Source: an uncultured Kofleriaceae bacterium (lineage in GTDB: Bacteria > Myxococcota_A > Polyangia > HGW-17). Taken from it: a stretch of DNA of 64,000 nt. This document shows, piece after piece, positions 45,607-55,295 of this stretch. A program made the position numbers and the translations under genes. Where the stretch lies: assembly GCA_964618145.1 (NCBI GenBank), contig CAZTZR010000008.1:1743-65742 (forward strand), given 5' to 3'. The notes under the pieces were generated by a model. That model did no database searches, had not been told where the DNA came from, and saw only the letters and a list, made by a program, of their open reading frames with translations. Within the stretch, counting starts at the first letter, position 1. The number at the start of each line of letters is the position of its first letter.

Positions 45607-47490
45607 TTGGCGATGCTGAAACTCATCATTGAAGACGATGAAAAACAAGTAAAGGTTGTCCGCCTTCTTCGCGACGAGGTAACCATCGGTCGCAAGGAGG
45701 GAAACACCATTCGCCTGACGGAACGGAATGTTTCCAGGCGGCACGCCCGCCTGATTCAGCGCCCCGAAGGGATTCTGCTGGAAGATCTGGGTAGTTACAA
45801 CGGTGTGAAGGTCAACGGGGAACGAATCACCGAACCTCTGCCTGTATCCGAAGGCGACAAGATTGTCATCGGGGATTACAGTCTCATGCTCAAACTGGAA
45901 GAGCAGGAGGGTGCAGCGGATCCGTTCGAGGAAATGGCCACCGTTCCCGTAGAACGGATGGACATGGAGGCTGTGCAGGCCGACAGCGGGGCGGTTCCGG
46001 CAGTGGCTTCAGTACCGGTGCCTGCTGCGGCTCCGGCTCAGCCTGCCATCCAGGCATCCGCACCTGCGATTCCTGCAGTGGCCGACATGCCCCTGTCCGC
46101 CGTGGAGTCGACCGAGTTGATTCCGGCCGCCGAAGTGGCTCAACTGGTTCTTTTGTCCACGAATCTCTCTGGCACCCATTATTCCCTGGACCGGTCACCG
46201 ATGGTCATCGGACGGACCCCGGAAAACGATATCGTCATTGATCACAAGGGAATATCCAGGAACCATGCCAAGATTACCTTCTCTCACGGCATCTATTCCG
46301 TGGCCGATCTTCAGAGCCAGAACGGTGTCCGCATCAACGGGGAACTTTACGAAAGCATGTCCCTGCGCAAGGGGGACACCCTGGATCTGGGCAATGTACG
46401 CCTGCGTTTTCTGGCACCAGGCGAGAAGTTCGATGCGGCGGCAGAGGCCTATTCCGTCAGTGGCGGGAAGGGGAACAAGGCCATTATTTTCATCGCCTTG
46501 GCAATGGTTGCAGTAGTGGGGATCGGATTTGTCGTTTTCGGTGACAAACTTTTTGGCGGCAAGAAGAAAGAAGCCCCCGTCCAGACAAAGGGGCAGGAGA
46601 TCTCTGTTGACCAGGTTATGAAAAAACTCGAAGATTTCAAGAGCAACCGCCAGTGGGCAGAAGCCCTTGCATACATCGACACTACCCTGGCCAGGCAGAC
46701 ATTCCCGGGTTCTGACAGGGAAAAACTGCAAAATGAAAAATCCATCCTGCAACAGGCAGTGGAACACAAGAAACTGTTCGATTCCATCCAGCGGCAACTT
46801 ACCGCCAAACAGTGGGTGGATGCGTACCGGGGCATGAAATCCATACCGGAAGGTTCATTGTTGTACGGGGAATCCCGCAAGGAAGTGGAACTTATCCGGA
46901 AGCATTTCCAACAAAACGCGATGGATTCCGCCAAACAAAGTGTACTTGCCAAAAAGTGCGCGGAAATTGAAGGGTTGATTCGGACTGGAACGGAGTTGGA
47001 AATCCAGGATCTGACAGAACTCCAGCAGCATCACAAGGCATGTAGCACCGCCAGTTTGCCCATAGCAATGGAACCCATGACCCCGCCGGTGGAACCCATG
47101 ACCCCGCCGGTGGAACCCATGACCCCGCCGGTGGAACCCATGACCCCGCCCATGACTCCGGAAAAGCCGGGATCCATGACCCCTGAAAAGCCCATGACAC
47201 CGGACAAGAAACCTCCCGAGATGGCTTCCGACAAGCCATCCCCCCAGGAGGCCGATGCCATGTTGGCCCAGGCATGGGAACTTCGCCAGTCGGACTGCAA
47301 CCGGGCGGTTCGTCTGGCCCAGCGTTCCTATTCGGTAAAGCAGAATCCCCGTGCGCTTCAGATTGTGGGATTGTGTGGTTGCAATTCCAAAAACGCCACC
47401 TGGGCAAGATGGGCGTATTCCCGGATTTCCGGACCACAGAAAAATGCCATCCAGAGCCTCTGCAACAAGAATGGAATCAATCTGGATTGA
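45607..47490 (+). CDS. Dual-FHA domain membrane protein with periplasmic helical/TPR-like region
   Basis: IGRKEGNTIRLTERNVSRRHA and IGRTPENDIVIDHKGISRNHA; one TM (IIFIALAMVAVVGIGFVVF); Pro/Met-rich linker. Start may be ATG 45613. Confidence 0.88.
   Translation: MAMLKLIIEDDEKQVKVVRLLRDEVTIGRKEGNTIRLTERNVSRRHARLIQRPEGILLEDLGSYNGVKVNGERITEPLPVSEGDKIVIGDYSLMLKLEEQEGAADPFEEMATVPVERMDMEAVQADSGAVPAVASVPVPAAAPAQPAIQASAPAIPAVADMPLSAVESTELIPAAEVAQLVLLSTNLSGTHYSLDRSPMVIGRTPENDIVIDHKGISRNHAKITFSHGIYSVADLQSQNGVRINGELYESMSLRKGDTLDLGNVRLRFLAPGEKFDAAAEAYSVSGGKGNKAIIFIALAMVAVVGIGFVVFGDKLFGGKKKEAPVQTKGQEISVDQVMKKLEDFKSNRQWAEALAYIDTTLARQTFPGSDREKLQNEKSILQQAVEHKKLFDSIQRQLTAKQWVDAYRGMKSIPEGSLLYGESRKEVELIRKHFQQNAMDSAKQSVLAKKCAEIEGLIRTGTELEIQDLTELQQHHKACSTASLPIAMEPMTPPVEPMTPPVEPMTPPVEPMTPPMTPEKPGSMTPEKPMTPDKKPPEMASDKPSPQEADAMLAQAWELRQSDCNRAVRLAQRSYSVKQNPRALQIVGLCGCNSKNATWARWAYSRISGPQKNAIQSLCNKNGINLD
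47071..47150 (+). repeat. 21-bp perfect coding tandem repeat (EPMTPPV), 3.8 copies
   Basis: GAACCCATGACCCCGCCGGTG at 47071, 47092, 47113 and partial at 47134. Confidence 0.95.
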
Positions 47491-47537
47491 TGATTTGAAT
47501 CCCAGCACCGGAAAAAGGATTCTGACAGGAGGGAAAT

Positions 47538-48929
47538 ATGCGCAAGACCAAGATAGTTGCCACTTTTGGACCTTCCACCGCTGACGACCTGGTGCTTTCG
47601 GCCCTGATCGCTGCAGGAGTGGATGTGGTTCGGCTGAATTTTTCCCACGGAACCCATGAGGGACACGCACACAACTTCCAAAGGGTGAAACAGGAGGCTG
47701 CCCGTCAGAAAAGGCATGTCGCCGTTCTGGGGGATCTGTGCGGCCCCAAGATCCGGACCGGGGAACTGGGGGATGGGATCCGGTTGACGGCCAACGAGGA
47801 GGTGGTGCTGGTTCCTGACGGCCATCCGGGGGGGATCGGAATCACCAACGAGGAATGCTTCCGTGATGTTCAGGCAGGAGAGCCCATCATGCTGGATGAT
47901 GGCTACCTGCAATTCCAGGTGATACGAAAGGAACCATCCCGCTTGATATGCCGGGTGGTCACGGGAGGACTTCTCAAGAGCCGCAAGGGTGTGAATTTTC
48001 CGGCCACCCGTCTGGGATTGAGTGCCCTGACGCAAAAGGATCGCGAGGATGTGTATTTCGGGCTGGATTTGGGTCTGGATTTCTTCGCGCTATCCTTTGT
48101 GCAGGCGGGCTCGGATATCCTGGAACTCAAGCAGATTGCGGGACGAACTCCGGTGATAGCCAAGATCGAACGGCCTGTTGCTTTGGACAACCTGGATGAA
48201 ATCATGGATATATCCGATGGAATCATGGTGGCCAGGGGTGATCTGGGCGTGGAACGGGGTTTCGAGCATGTTCCTGCCATCCAGAAGCATCTGATCCGGC
48301 AAAGCCGGCTTCGTGCAAAACCCGTGATTACCGCCACACAGATGCTGGAGTCCATGATCCACAACCCCACACCCACCCGCGCGGAAGTCTCTGATGTCGC
48401 GAATGCAGTGCTTGATGGCACCTCTGCGGTCATGCTTTCTGCGGAAACGGCGGCGGGAAGTTATCCGGTTAAAGCCGTTGAAATGATGGTAAAAATCATT
48501 CACGCGGTGGAGTCGAACAACTATTTTGAAACGGTTCCTCTCCTTTTCGGAGGTGCCCAAAACATCACCCAGGCCATTTCCACTGCCGCCATTTCAGCGA
48601 TTTCGGATCTGCATGTCAGGCTGATTGCGGTTTTTTCACAGACCGGGGAAACGGCCCGGGAAATTGCCAAACATCATCCGCGTGTCCCCATTGTGGCGTT
48701 GACTTCCCGCCTGGAAGTGCTTGCAAGTCTGGCTCTGGAGCGTGGCGTTTTGCCCATGTATTGTCCTGCCTTGTCCACTCCGGCAGAGATGGTGGCCATA
48801 TGCGAGAAGTTGCTTGTGGAGCGCGAACTGGTCCACGGGGGGGACCGTATCGCCATCAGTTTCGGGTTCGGGGTGGATGGGCCCGGGCGTACCAATACCC
48901 TCCGGCTCCATGAAATCACCACAGGCTGA
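47538..48929 (+). CDS. pyk: Pyruvate kinase
   Basis: RKTKIVATFGP, RLNFSHG, DLCGPKIR, IAKIE, GIMVARGDLG, ATQMLESM, DGTSAVMLSAETA. Confidence 0.97.
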   Translation: MRKTKIVATFGPSTADDLVLSALIAAGVDVVRLNFSHGTHEGHAHNFQRVKQEAARQKRHVAVLGDLCGPKIRTGELGDGIRLTANEEVVLVPDGHPGGIGITNEECFRDVQAGEPIMLDDGYLQFQVIRKEPSRLICRVVTGGLLKSRKGVNFPATRLGLSALTQKDREDVYFGLDLGLDFFALSFVQAGSDILELKQIAGRTPVIAKIERPVALDNLDEIMDISDGIMVARGDLGVERGFEHVPAIQKHLIRQSRLRAKPVITATQMLESMIHNPTPTRAEVSDVANAVLDGTSAVMLSAETAAGSYPVKAVEMMVKIIHAVESNNYFETVPLLFGGAQNITQAISTAAISAISDLHVRLIAVFSQTGETAREIAKHHPRVPIVALTSRLEVLASLALERGVLPMYCPALSTPAEMVAICEKLLVERELVHGGDRIAISFGFGVDGPGRTNTLRLHEITTG

Positions 48930-49022
48930 ACAAAAGTCCTCCCATTTGACAGCGCTGCCCTGGATCCATGGACCTGACCGGCGGGAATGACATCCTTGGG
49001 ACGGACAGGGTCGGGGGGGAGG

Positions 49023-50561
49023 TTACATCAGGACCGGTGCGCCGGGGCCCAGTGGAATCCGGAAGAAGAACCACAAGAGCAGAAGAGCCGTCCATGTGAT
49101 GAACAGGAAAATGGTATACGGCATCATGGTGGCAATGGTGGTTCCTATGCCGGCGTTTTTGTCGTATTTGTTGATGAATGTCAGAATCAGCGCGAAATAA
49201 CTCATCATGGGAGTGACGATGTTGGTCACGCTGTCTCCGATACGGAAGGCAGCCTGGGTCAGTGCCGGATGGTATCCGGAGAGCATGAACATGGGGACAA
49301 AGACCGGCGCCATGATGGCCCATTTGGCACTGGCAGAGCCCATGAAGAAATTCATGATGGATGAGATCAGCACAAAAATGAAAATCAGGACAGGTCCGGA
49401 TATGCCGGATGACTGGATAATACCGGCACCCTTGATCGCCAGAATCATTCCCAGATTGGAAACCTTGAACCATTCAATGAACTGGGATGCAAAAAAGACG
49501 AGAACAATGTAGGGTCCGATTCCCCGGACCGACTTGGTGATCAGTTCAATGACATGCCGGTCGTTCTTGATTCGACCGGTCATGATGCCGAATATCATGC
49601 CTGGAATGGCAAAGAGCAGCACGATCGCGGTGATCATGCCTTGGAAGAATGGCCCATCAAAGACGTTTCCACACCCATGGAGAAGTCCTCCCCGGGGAAT
49701 GGTGAGCCACGCCAGCCAGACGGCCACGGCCAACATGGAGATGAGGCTCCAGAAAAGGGCCTTTTTTTCCTGTGGGGTGACTTCCTTGATTTCTTCCTGG
49801 GGTGCGTGGTATTCCCCAAAGCGGGGTTCAATGATTTTTTCCGTGACGAAAGTGCCCACAATGACGATCAATATGCCGGAAGCCACCATGAAATAATAAT
49901 TGGCTGCGGGGTTGATTTTCATGGTGGGGTCGACAATGACCGCCGCACTTTCGGTCAGGCCGGACAATACGGGATCAATGGACCCAATCAGGAAATTGGC
50001 ACCGAAACCACCTGACACTCCGGCAAATGCAGCAGCGATACCTACAATGGGATGGCGTTTGAAGGCGATGAAAACCATCGCACCCAGGGGAATCAGGACG
50101 ACGTAACCGATTTCGGAGGCAAGGTGGCTCAGGATTCCTGCGGTGATGATGGCCGATGTGACAAACCTGCGGGGTGCCTTGACGATGGTTTGCCGGATGA
50201 GGGTTTCCAGAAGTCCGGTTCCATCGGCAATACCGATACCCACGGTGCAGACAAGAACAATGCCGAATGGCGGGAATGTGATGAAGTTTTTCACCACGTT
50301 CACGAACATGTAGGCGAGTCCCTCGGCACCGAGAAGGTTGAAAGGCTTGACGACCCCCCCGTCAGCGGGGTTGACTGCACTGACGCCTGCCAGATGGGTG
50401 ATGAAACTCAACAGCACCACGAACACGGCAAGCATGCCGAAGATGGTGGCAGGGTGGGGCAGTGCGTTGCCGATCCGCTCGATTCCATTGAGCCATCTGT
50501 CAAATCGGGATTTCCGCGCGGGTTTCGATTCCTGGGATGGGTTGTTTTCGGACATGCGCAT
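49023..50561 (-). CDS. abgT: AbgT family transporter
   Basis: IERIGNALPHP, AAFAGVSGGFGAN, GSASAKWAIMAPVFVPMF, FRIGDSVTNIVTPM. Confidence 0.9.
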   Translation of the reverse strand: MRMSENNPSQESKPARKSRFDRWLNGIERIGNALPHPATIFGMLAVFVVLLSFITHLAGVSAVNPADGGVVKPFNLLGAEGLAYMFVNVVKNFITFPPFGIVLVCTVGIGIADGTGLLETLIRQTIVKAPRRFVTSAIITAGILSHLASEIGYVVLIPLGAMVFIAFKRHPIVGIAAAFAGVSGGFGANFLIGSIDPVLSGLTESAAVIVDPTMKINPAANYYFMVASGILIVIVGTFVTEKIIEPRFGEYHAPQEEIKEVTPQEKKALFWSLISMLAVAVWLAWLTIPRGGLLHGCGNVFDGPFFQGMITAIVLLFAIPGMIFGIMTGRIKNDRHVIELITKSVRGIGPYIVLVFFASQFIEWFKVSNLGMILAIKGAGIIQSSGISGPVLIFIFVLISSIMNFFMGSASAKWAIMAPVFVPMFMLSGYHPALTQAAFRIGDSVTNIVTPMMSYFALILTFINKYDKNAGIGTTIATMMPYTIFLFITWTALLLLWFFFRIPLGPGAPVLM

Positions 50562-50612
50562 ACCTGGAGGCGGAACCGGTCATTATTGTTCCGCGGGGAA
50601 AAACTGTCCGGA

Positions 50613-50819
50613 TTACCCGGAGAAGGCTGGATCGTGAAACATCACATTTACCGTGATGCAGTGAAAAGCCTCGTCGGAACTTTGCACAGTCTGGATGTCA
50701 CGGATTTCCAATTCTGGATGGGCAGCCATCCATGCGGTCACTTTTTCCCCGAGGATTTCACGTTCCTGGGCCATGGTGGCGGAAAAAACCTTCATGCCGT
50801 TAAACTGGATTGCACTCAT
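50613..50819 (-). CDS. Small conserved-looking hypothetical protein
   Basis: Start moved to MSAIQF (GGAG SD); GMKVFSATMAQERE.LGEKVT.W...QSSDEAFHCIT resembles a small myxobacterial protein family as I recall it (not verified). Confidence 0.75.
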   Translation of the reverse strand: MSAIQFNGMKVFSATMAQEREILGEKVTAWMAAHPELEIRDIQTVQSSDEAFHCITVNVMFHDPAFSG

Positions 50820-50920
50820 GATGTACTCCGTAAAAGTAAACCGGGGCCAGTGAATGGCTTGTCCCGGGAGGCACAGCTTACGGATGATGGAGGGGGAAGT
50901 CAAGATCAGTGGAGGGAAAA

Positions 50921-51193
50921 TCAGTCTTCTACTTTGCCGAGCAGGTCATCCTTGGAAAGGACCATGACCTTTTTGCCTTCCACGGTGAATTCGCTTCCGG
51001 CATACTTGTTGAAGATGACCCGGTCACCCACAGAAACCAGTTTGGCGATGGCTTCGCCGCATCCAACGGCAATGACCTTGCCGAATATGGGCTTTTCCTT
51101 GGCGCTCTCGGGGACATAGATGCCACCGACAACGGCGTCCCTGGCTTCTTCCATTTCAACTACAACACGATCTTCAAACGGACGAATCTGCAT
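50921..51193 (-). CDS. groES: Co-chaperonin GroES (stand-alone)
   Basis: Start moved to MQIRP (GGAGG SD); RPFEDRVVV, GGIYVPESAKEKP, VGDRVIFNKYAGSE, DLLG. Confidence 0.92.
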   Translation of the reverse strand: MQIRPFEDRVVVEMEEARDAVVGGIYVPESAKEKPIFGKVIAVGCGEAIAKLVSVGDRVIFNKYAGSEFTVEGKKVMVLSKDDLLGKVED

Positions 51194-51348
51194 GATAACC
51201 TCCATAAAAGTACGAAAAACCGTTCGTGGGTTGCACGACGTGAAAAGATTCATCAAGACCCGAAAACCCGGGCGCCACAGAAGTAATCACCCGCAGTGCC
51301 ATGGTCAAGGGGCGGATTCATTTTTTCACCTGTTTTCGCCGGAATGCG

Positions 51349-51537
51349 TCAGGGATGCTGCCTGTATTGGGGCTGTTCCGTCATCTGGAGGGATGGCTGT
51401 GCAGGGATGTTTGTGGCTGTCAGGACCGGGGGTTCGGGGGTTTGAACCTTTTTCGGCGGTGGAGCAGGGAGATTGTCCATGATGATCAGGAGAGTCCAGA
51501 CCACTATCGCAAAAACGGCAAGGGGAAGAGGTTTCAT
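51349..51537 (-). CDS. Small membrane-anchored hypothetical protein
   Basis: Start moved to MKPLPL (AAGGAG SD); one hydrophobic helix then Pro-rich tail. Confidence 0.5.
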   Translation of the reverse strand: MKPLPLAVFAIVVWTLLIIMDNLPAPPPKKVQTPEPPVLTATNIPAQPSLQMTEQPQYRQHP

Positions 51538-51660
51538 GGTGTGTACTCCTTCGCAAAACGGCGTCAGGAACACTTTTGCACACACTTTTGCATGAGCGCA
51601 AAAAAAGCGAAAAAAAATCCGTGAACGCTTCAGGAATACATTGTAATTATTCAGTTTTTT

Positions 51661-52689
51661 TCAGTAATCAACCTGTTTTCCCGATTCGGTCGAGACCTGA
51701 AAACCGGTATTTGCCAACGGGATGGCTAGACGGGGATCTTCCCGGATGGTGAAAAGGGTGGCGAATCCATCGGAAAAATCGGAGAGGAACGCACCATCTT
51801 CCAGAAACGGTGGTTTCGGCCCCAGAAGATCGACAAGGTTCTTTTGGTAGGTTTTCTTTTCTCCCGGCATGCGCTGATTCCAGAATTCCCTGGCGGGGGT
51901 TTGTCCAAGGGAACGGCCCTGGCCCATGGTGGCACGATCCCGCCCCAAAGCGATGCATGCTTTCGGACCGGAAAAGCACAAATGCAGATTCCATGAAGAA
52001 CCGTTTTGCTCGAGAACCGATTCCACGGGTCCCACCGGAGGAGGGTCAAACAAGCGCTGGGCTTCGAAGGCTGCCGCAGGTGAGGAAAATTCCAGGGTTT
52101 CGTAACGGCGCGGTGTATTCGCCGCAACCATCTGAAGCGTGGCTTCGGTGATCAGTGCATCGGTGGCTTGCAGGAAATATCCGCGCAAATCCGGACCAAC
52201 GGATTGTCTGGGAGTGCTGCGGGTCCTGAAGGTGGTGCCATCGGGCCAGATGGCGCACAGGGCAATCAACCGTCGCATTTGTCCATGTCTGGAGCTCCCG
52301 ATGGTTCCATCCTGGATGCAGCGAACAAGGGGTTCATGAAGGCTTCCCGCGAAGTGAAGGGGCAGGCAGAAACCCTCCTCACGGAGGCCCTGATCCAGAT
52401 CCAGAAGGGTAATCCCGGTCTGGACCTGCACCCAGGAACCTGTGGGTTCCAGTTGGAGGATTCGGTTCATGCGCCGGATGTCCAGAACAACGGGAAATCC
52501 TGGCGGGTCTTCCCTGTCCCATGCGGCGCAACCCGTCAGGCCTGACTCAAACGTGGCCCGCAGTGCCGAAGCCGCCTGGGCGGTGGTTCCGGGGGCGGCC
52601 ACGGCGAGGTTTTCGGAATGGCGCACATTGGTCGCGCCGCAGATTTCCCGGAGGCGGAGAACGAGTGGTTCAAAATTCAGATAGGCCAT
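51661..52689 (-). CDS. Degenerate FAD-binding oxidoreductase (PCMH-type), paralog of the upstream gene
   Basis: VVLDIRRMNRILQL, VQVQTG, WPDG..RT..TPRQSVGPDL; lacks GxEGxLG and the C-terminal HHHG. Confidence 0.7.
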   Translation of the reverse strand: MAYLNFEPLVLRLREICGATNVRHSENLAVAAPGTTAQAASALRATFESGLTGCAAWDREDPPGFPVVLDIRRMNRILQLEPTGSWVQVQTGITLLDLDQGLREEGFCLPLHFAGSLHEPLVRCIQDGTIGSSRHGQMRRLIALCAIWPDGTTFRTRSTPRQSVGPDLRGYFLQATDALITEATLQMVAANTPRRYETLEFSSPAAAFEAQRLFDPPPVGPVESVLEQNGSSWNLHLCFSGPKACIALGRDRATMGQGRSLGQTPAREFWNQRMPGEKKTYQKNLVDLLGPKPPFLEDGAFLSDFSDGFATLFTIREDPRLAIPLANTGFQVSTESGKQVDY

Positions 52690-54200
52690 AAGGTCCCCGG
52701 ATTCAGGATGCCATGCGGGTCCAGGTTTTTTTTGAGATCCAGCAGGGACGGGACGGCAGACCCATGTTCGGATGCAAAGAAATCACGCTTCAGTTTTCCG
52801 ATTCCGTGATGGTGGCTGATGGTGGCCTGGTGTCGTGCAGCAGTGGTGAGGGCCAGATTCCAGACATACCTGTAGCGTGACAGGGTATCTTCCCTGCTTC
52901 GACCCGCTCCGGCGAAGGTGAAATGAATGGAACAACCATCGTGGTATGCATGGGAAAAATGCGTCATCACAAAGGCATGTGGCCGAAGTTCATCCAAAAC
53001 TGCCTGGACCAGTTCGGGCACCCGGGACCATGAGGTACAGACTTCCATGGCGTCTGCGAAGGCCCCCGACGCGAAAACGCGGGGACGGATGGAGAACAGG
53101 GATTTGCGGTGTTTCCACCACCGCATGGCCGGTTCCTGCCCGAGATCCCGTCCTCCGCTGGCCGACATGACCTGTTGCATTTCGGATGCGCACAACTCGG
53201 CTGCAGTGCGTTCCATGGCGGAACCTGCCAGAAGCAAAAAGCGGCTTTTCCATAATTTTGGCAGGCTATCCTGAATCAGCCGGTTCCACAGGGGGGCGGC
53301 ACGAAGCACCCAGGGGAGTGTGCGGTGTCCGAGGTGGGCCACGGGTGTACCCAGTTCCAGCCAGGATCTGCCTGTGCTCTGGTTGCCCGACCCCCGAAGT
53401 GCGTGAATGGCGGAGGACGGGTCGTACAGTCTGAGGAATGCGGGTGCAAGACCGGCCTGGACGATGCGCCGCATGGCGTCCAGTGCTGCATGCAGCGAAT
53501 CAAACAGTGCCGATCGCATGGCGATGTGTTCCGGCAGGGGTCTTACCGCCAGGTGTGCCGAAGTGAATATCCCCAGGGTGCCTTCACAGCCGAGCACCAG
53601 ATCGATCTCCCCGCCGGGGCCTGTGCTGGTGTGGGTTCGTCCGGTGCCATCCACCCAGTCCACGGATCGGACGATGTCCTCGATCTTCCCCACATGACCG
53701 GAAAACGGACCGCTGGCCCGGGTGGCCAAAAATCCGCCAACAGTGGCCTGTCCTGCGGAAGAGGGTTGATGCCCTGTGGTGAACCCCTGGGCGTTGAGCC
53801 GATGTTCCATGGCCTGGCCGGTCATTCCCGCCGGCACTTGCACGGTTCGTCTTTGTCCATCCAGGACAAAACCATTTTTCAGTCGCGTCAGATCCATGAC
53901 GACCGCATCCGGTCGGTCCACCCAGGCCGCGCCGGAAAGGCCCGTGCCGCCACCCCGGGGAACCAGGGGATGGTGTCCCGAAACCGCCCAGCGAATGACA
54001 GTCTGGACCTCTTCGGTGGTGGCGGGAAACACCACTGCGGCACAGGAGTCATCACGGGATTTCTGGAAATAATCCAGAATGGCGCCGATGGCCCAGAGGT
54101 CGCGGCCTGCTGCACGGCAGACCTGTGGATCCATGGAAAAGGGAACACCCAGTCGTTCCAGTTCGGAAGATAGTTGCGGGGAAAAACGGGTCGGGTACAC
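52677..54200 (-). CDS. FAD-linked oxidase, alkyl-DHAP synthase (ADPS/AgpS)-like
   Basis: PRGGGTG, GHQPSS..ATVGGFLATRASG, GCEGTLGIFT, SHHHGIGK, DPHGILNPG. Confidence 0.82.
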   Translation of the reverse strand: MYPTRFSPQLSSELERLGVPFSMDPQVCRAAGRDLWAIGAILDYFQKSRDDSCAAVVFPATTEEVQTVIRWAVSGHHPLVPRGGGTGLSGAAWVDRPDAVVMDLTRLKNGFVLDGQRRTVQVPAGMTGQAMEHRLNAQGFTTGHQPSSAGQATVGGFLATRASGPFSGHVGKIEDIVRSVDWVDGTGRTHTSTGPGGEIDLVLGCEGTLGIFTSAHLAVRPLPEHIAMRSALFDSLHAALDAMRRIVQAGLAPAFLRLYDPSSAIHALRGSGNQSTGRSWLELGTPVAHLGHRTLPWVLRAAPLWNRLIQDSLPKLWKSRFLLLAGSAMERTAAELCASEMQQVMSASGGRDLGQEPAMRWWKHRKSLFSIRPRVFASGAFADAMEVCTSWSRVPELVQAVLDELRPHAFVMTHFSHAYHDGCSIHFTFAGAGRSREDTLSRYRYVWNLALTTAARHQATISHHHGIGKLKRDFFASEHGSAVPSLLDLKKNLDPHGILNPGTLWPI

Positions 54201-54314
54201 GCGGCCTCCGCCCGGAGGCTAGCATATCCGGGCCGTTGAGGCTATACTGCAGCCGACCCGAAGTCACCCCCCTTTATCGGGATGGTTCCGGCCCAGGGTT
54301 GGGGTGTTCATCCA

Positions 54315-55295
54315 ATGACAGGACAGGACTGGATTTTTTCGTTGAAAGAAAATTTTGAAGCCGGACAAATCCGGGAGTCGTTTGACCTTGCTGCACTGAC
54401 CACTTATCGGCTGGGAGGCCCCGGCGATTGGGTGCTTTTTCCCCGCGACATGGAACAGTGTGCACGGATGGTGGGTATCCTGCATTCCCACGGGGTCCAT
54501 CCGGCGCTGGTTATTGGTCGGGGAGCCAACCTTCTGATCTCCGATGCGGGTGTGCGCGGTGTGACCCTTGCCACCGAATGCATGAGTTCGGCGCAAGTGT
54601 GCGGGAATCTTCTGGTGGCCGAGGCAGGGTTGTCTTCCGATGCCGCTGCCGAAATGGCCCGGGATGCCGGCCTCTCCGGGCTGGAGTTCCTTGCGGGATT
54701 GCCAGGTACACTGGGGGGTGCGGTCTGGATGAATGCACGGGCCTTCGAGAGGGACATGGCATCTGTTCTTGAACGGGTGGAACTGGTGGAGCCCGATGGG
54801 TCAATCCGGGTTCACGAGCCGTCTGTTCAGGAGTTTTCCTACAAGGTTTCACCATACCAGTCTGTCCAGGCAATCATCGGGCGGGTCACCCTCCGGCTGT
54901 CTTTCGGGGATCCCGTTGCCATTGGGGAAGCCATGGAACGTCATCGGGAAGTTCGCAGGGCGAGAGGTGAGGATCAGGTATTGTCCTGTGGATGTGTTTT
55001 CCAAAATCCCGTCACCCGGGAAGCGCCGGCCGGCCGGCTCATTGATTCCTGTGGACTCAAGGGCTATGGGACGGAGCATGCCTGGGTATATGGTGCTCAT
55101 GCGAATTTCATCATTCACGACGGGCAGTCAACTGCATCCGAACTGCGGAACCTTCTTCTGGAGGTGCAAAGTCGCGTAGCCCGGGAAACAGGTGTTTGGC
55201 TGGAGCCTGAAGTGCGGTTTGTGGGGGATTTTCCGGAAGATGCAGTTTCTGTATTCCACCATGACCCGGCCAGGGCAGGAAAGGATCTTCCGTGA
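54315..55295 (+). CDS. murB: UDP-N-acetylenolpyruvoylglucosamine reductase
   Basis: Start moved to MTGQDW; TTYRLGGP, GRGANLL, GLPGTLGGAVWMNA, GCVFQNP, HANFI, LEPEV. Confidence 0.92.
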   Translation: MTGQDWIFSLKENFEAGQIRESFDLAALTTYRLGGPGDWVLFPRDMEQCARMVGILHSHGVHPALVIGRGANLLISDAGVRGVTLATECMSSAQVCGNLLVAEAGLSSDAAAEMARDAGLSGLEFLAGLPGTLGGAVWMNARAFERDMASVLERVELVEPDGSIRVHEPSVQEFSYKVSPYQSVQAIIGRVTLRLSFGDPVAIGEAMERHREVRRARGEDQVLSCGCVFQNPVTREAPAGRLIDSCGLKGYGTEHAWVYGAHANFIIHDGQSTASELRNLLLEVQSRVARETGVWLEPEVRFVGDFPEDAVSVFHHDPARAGKDLP

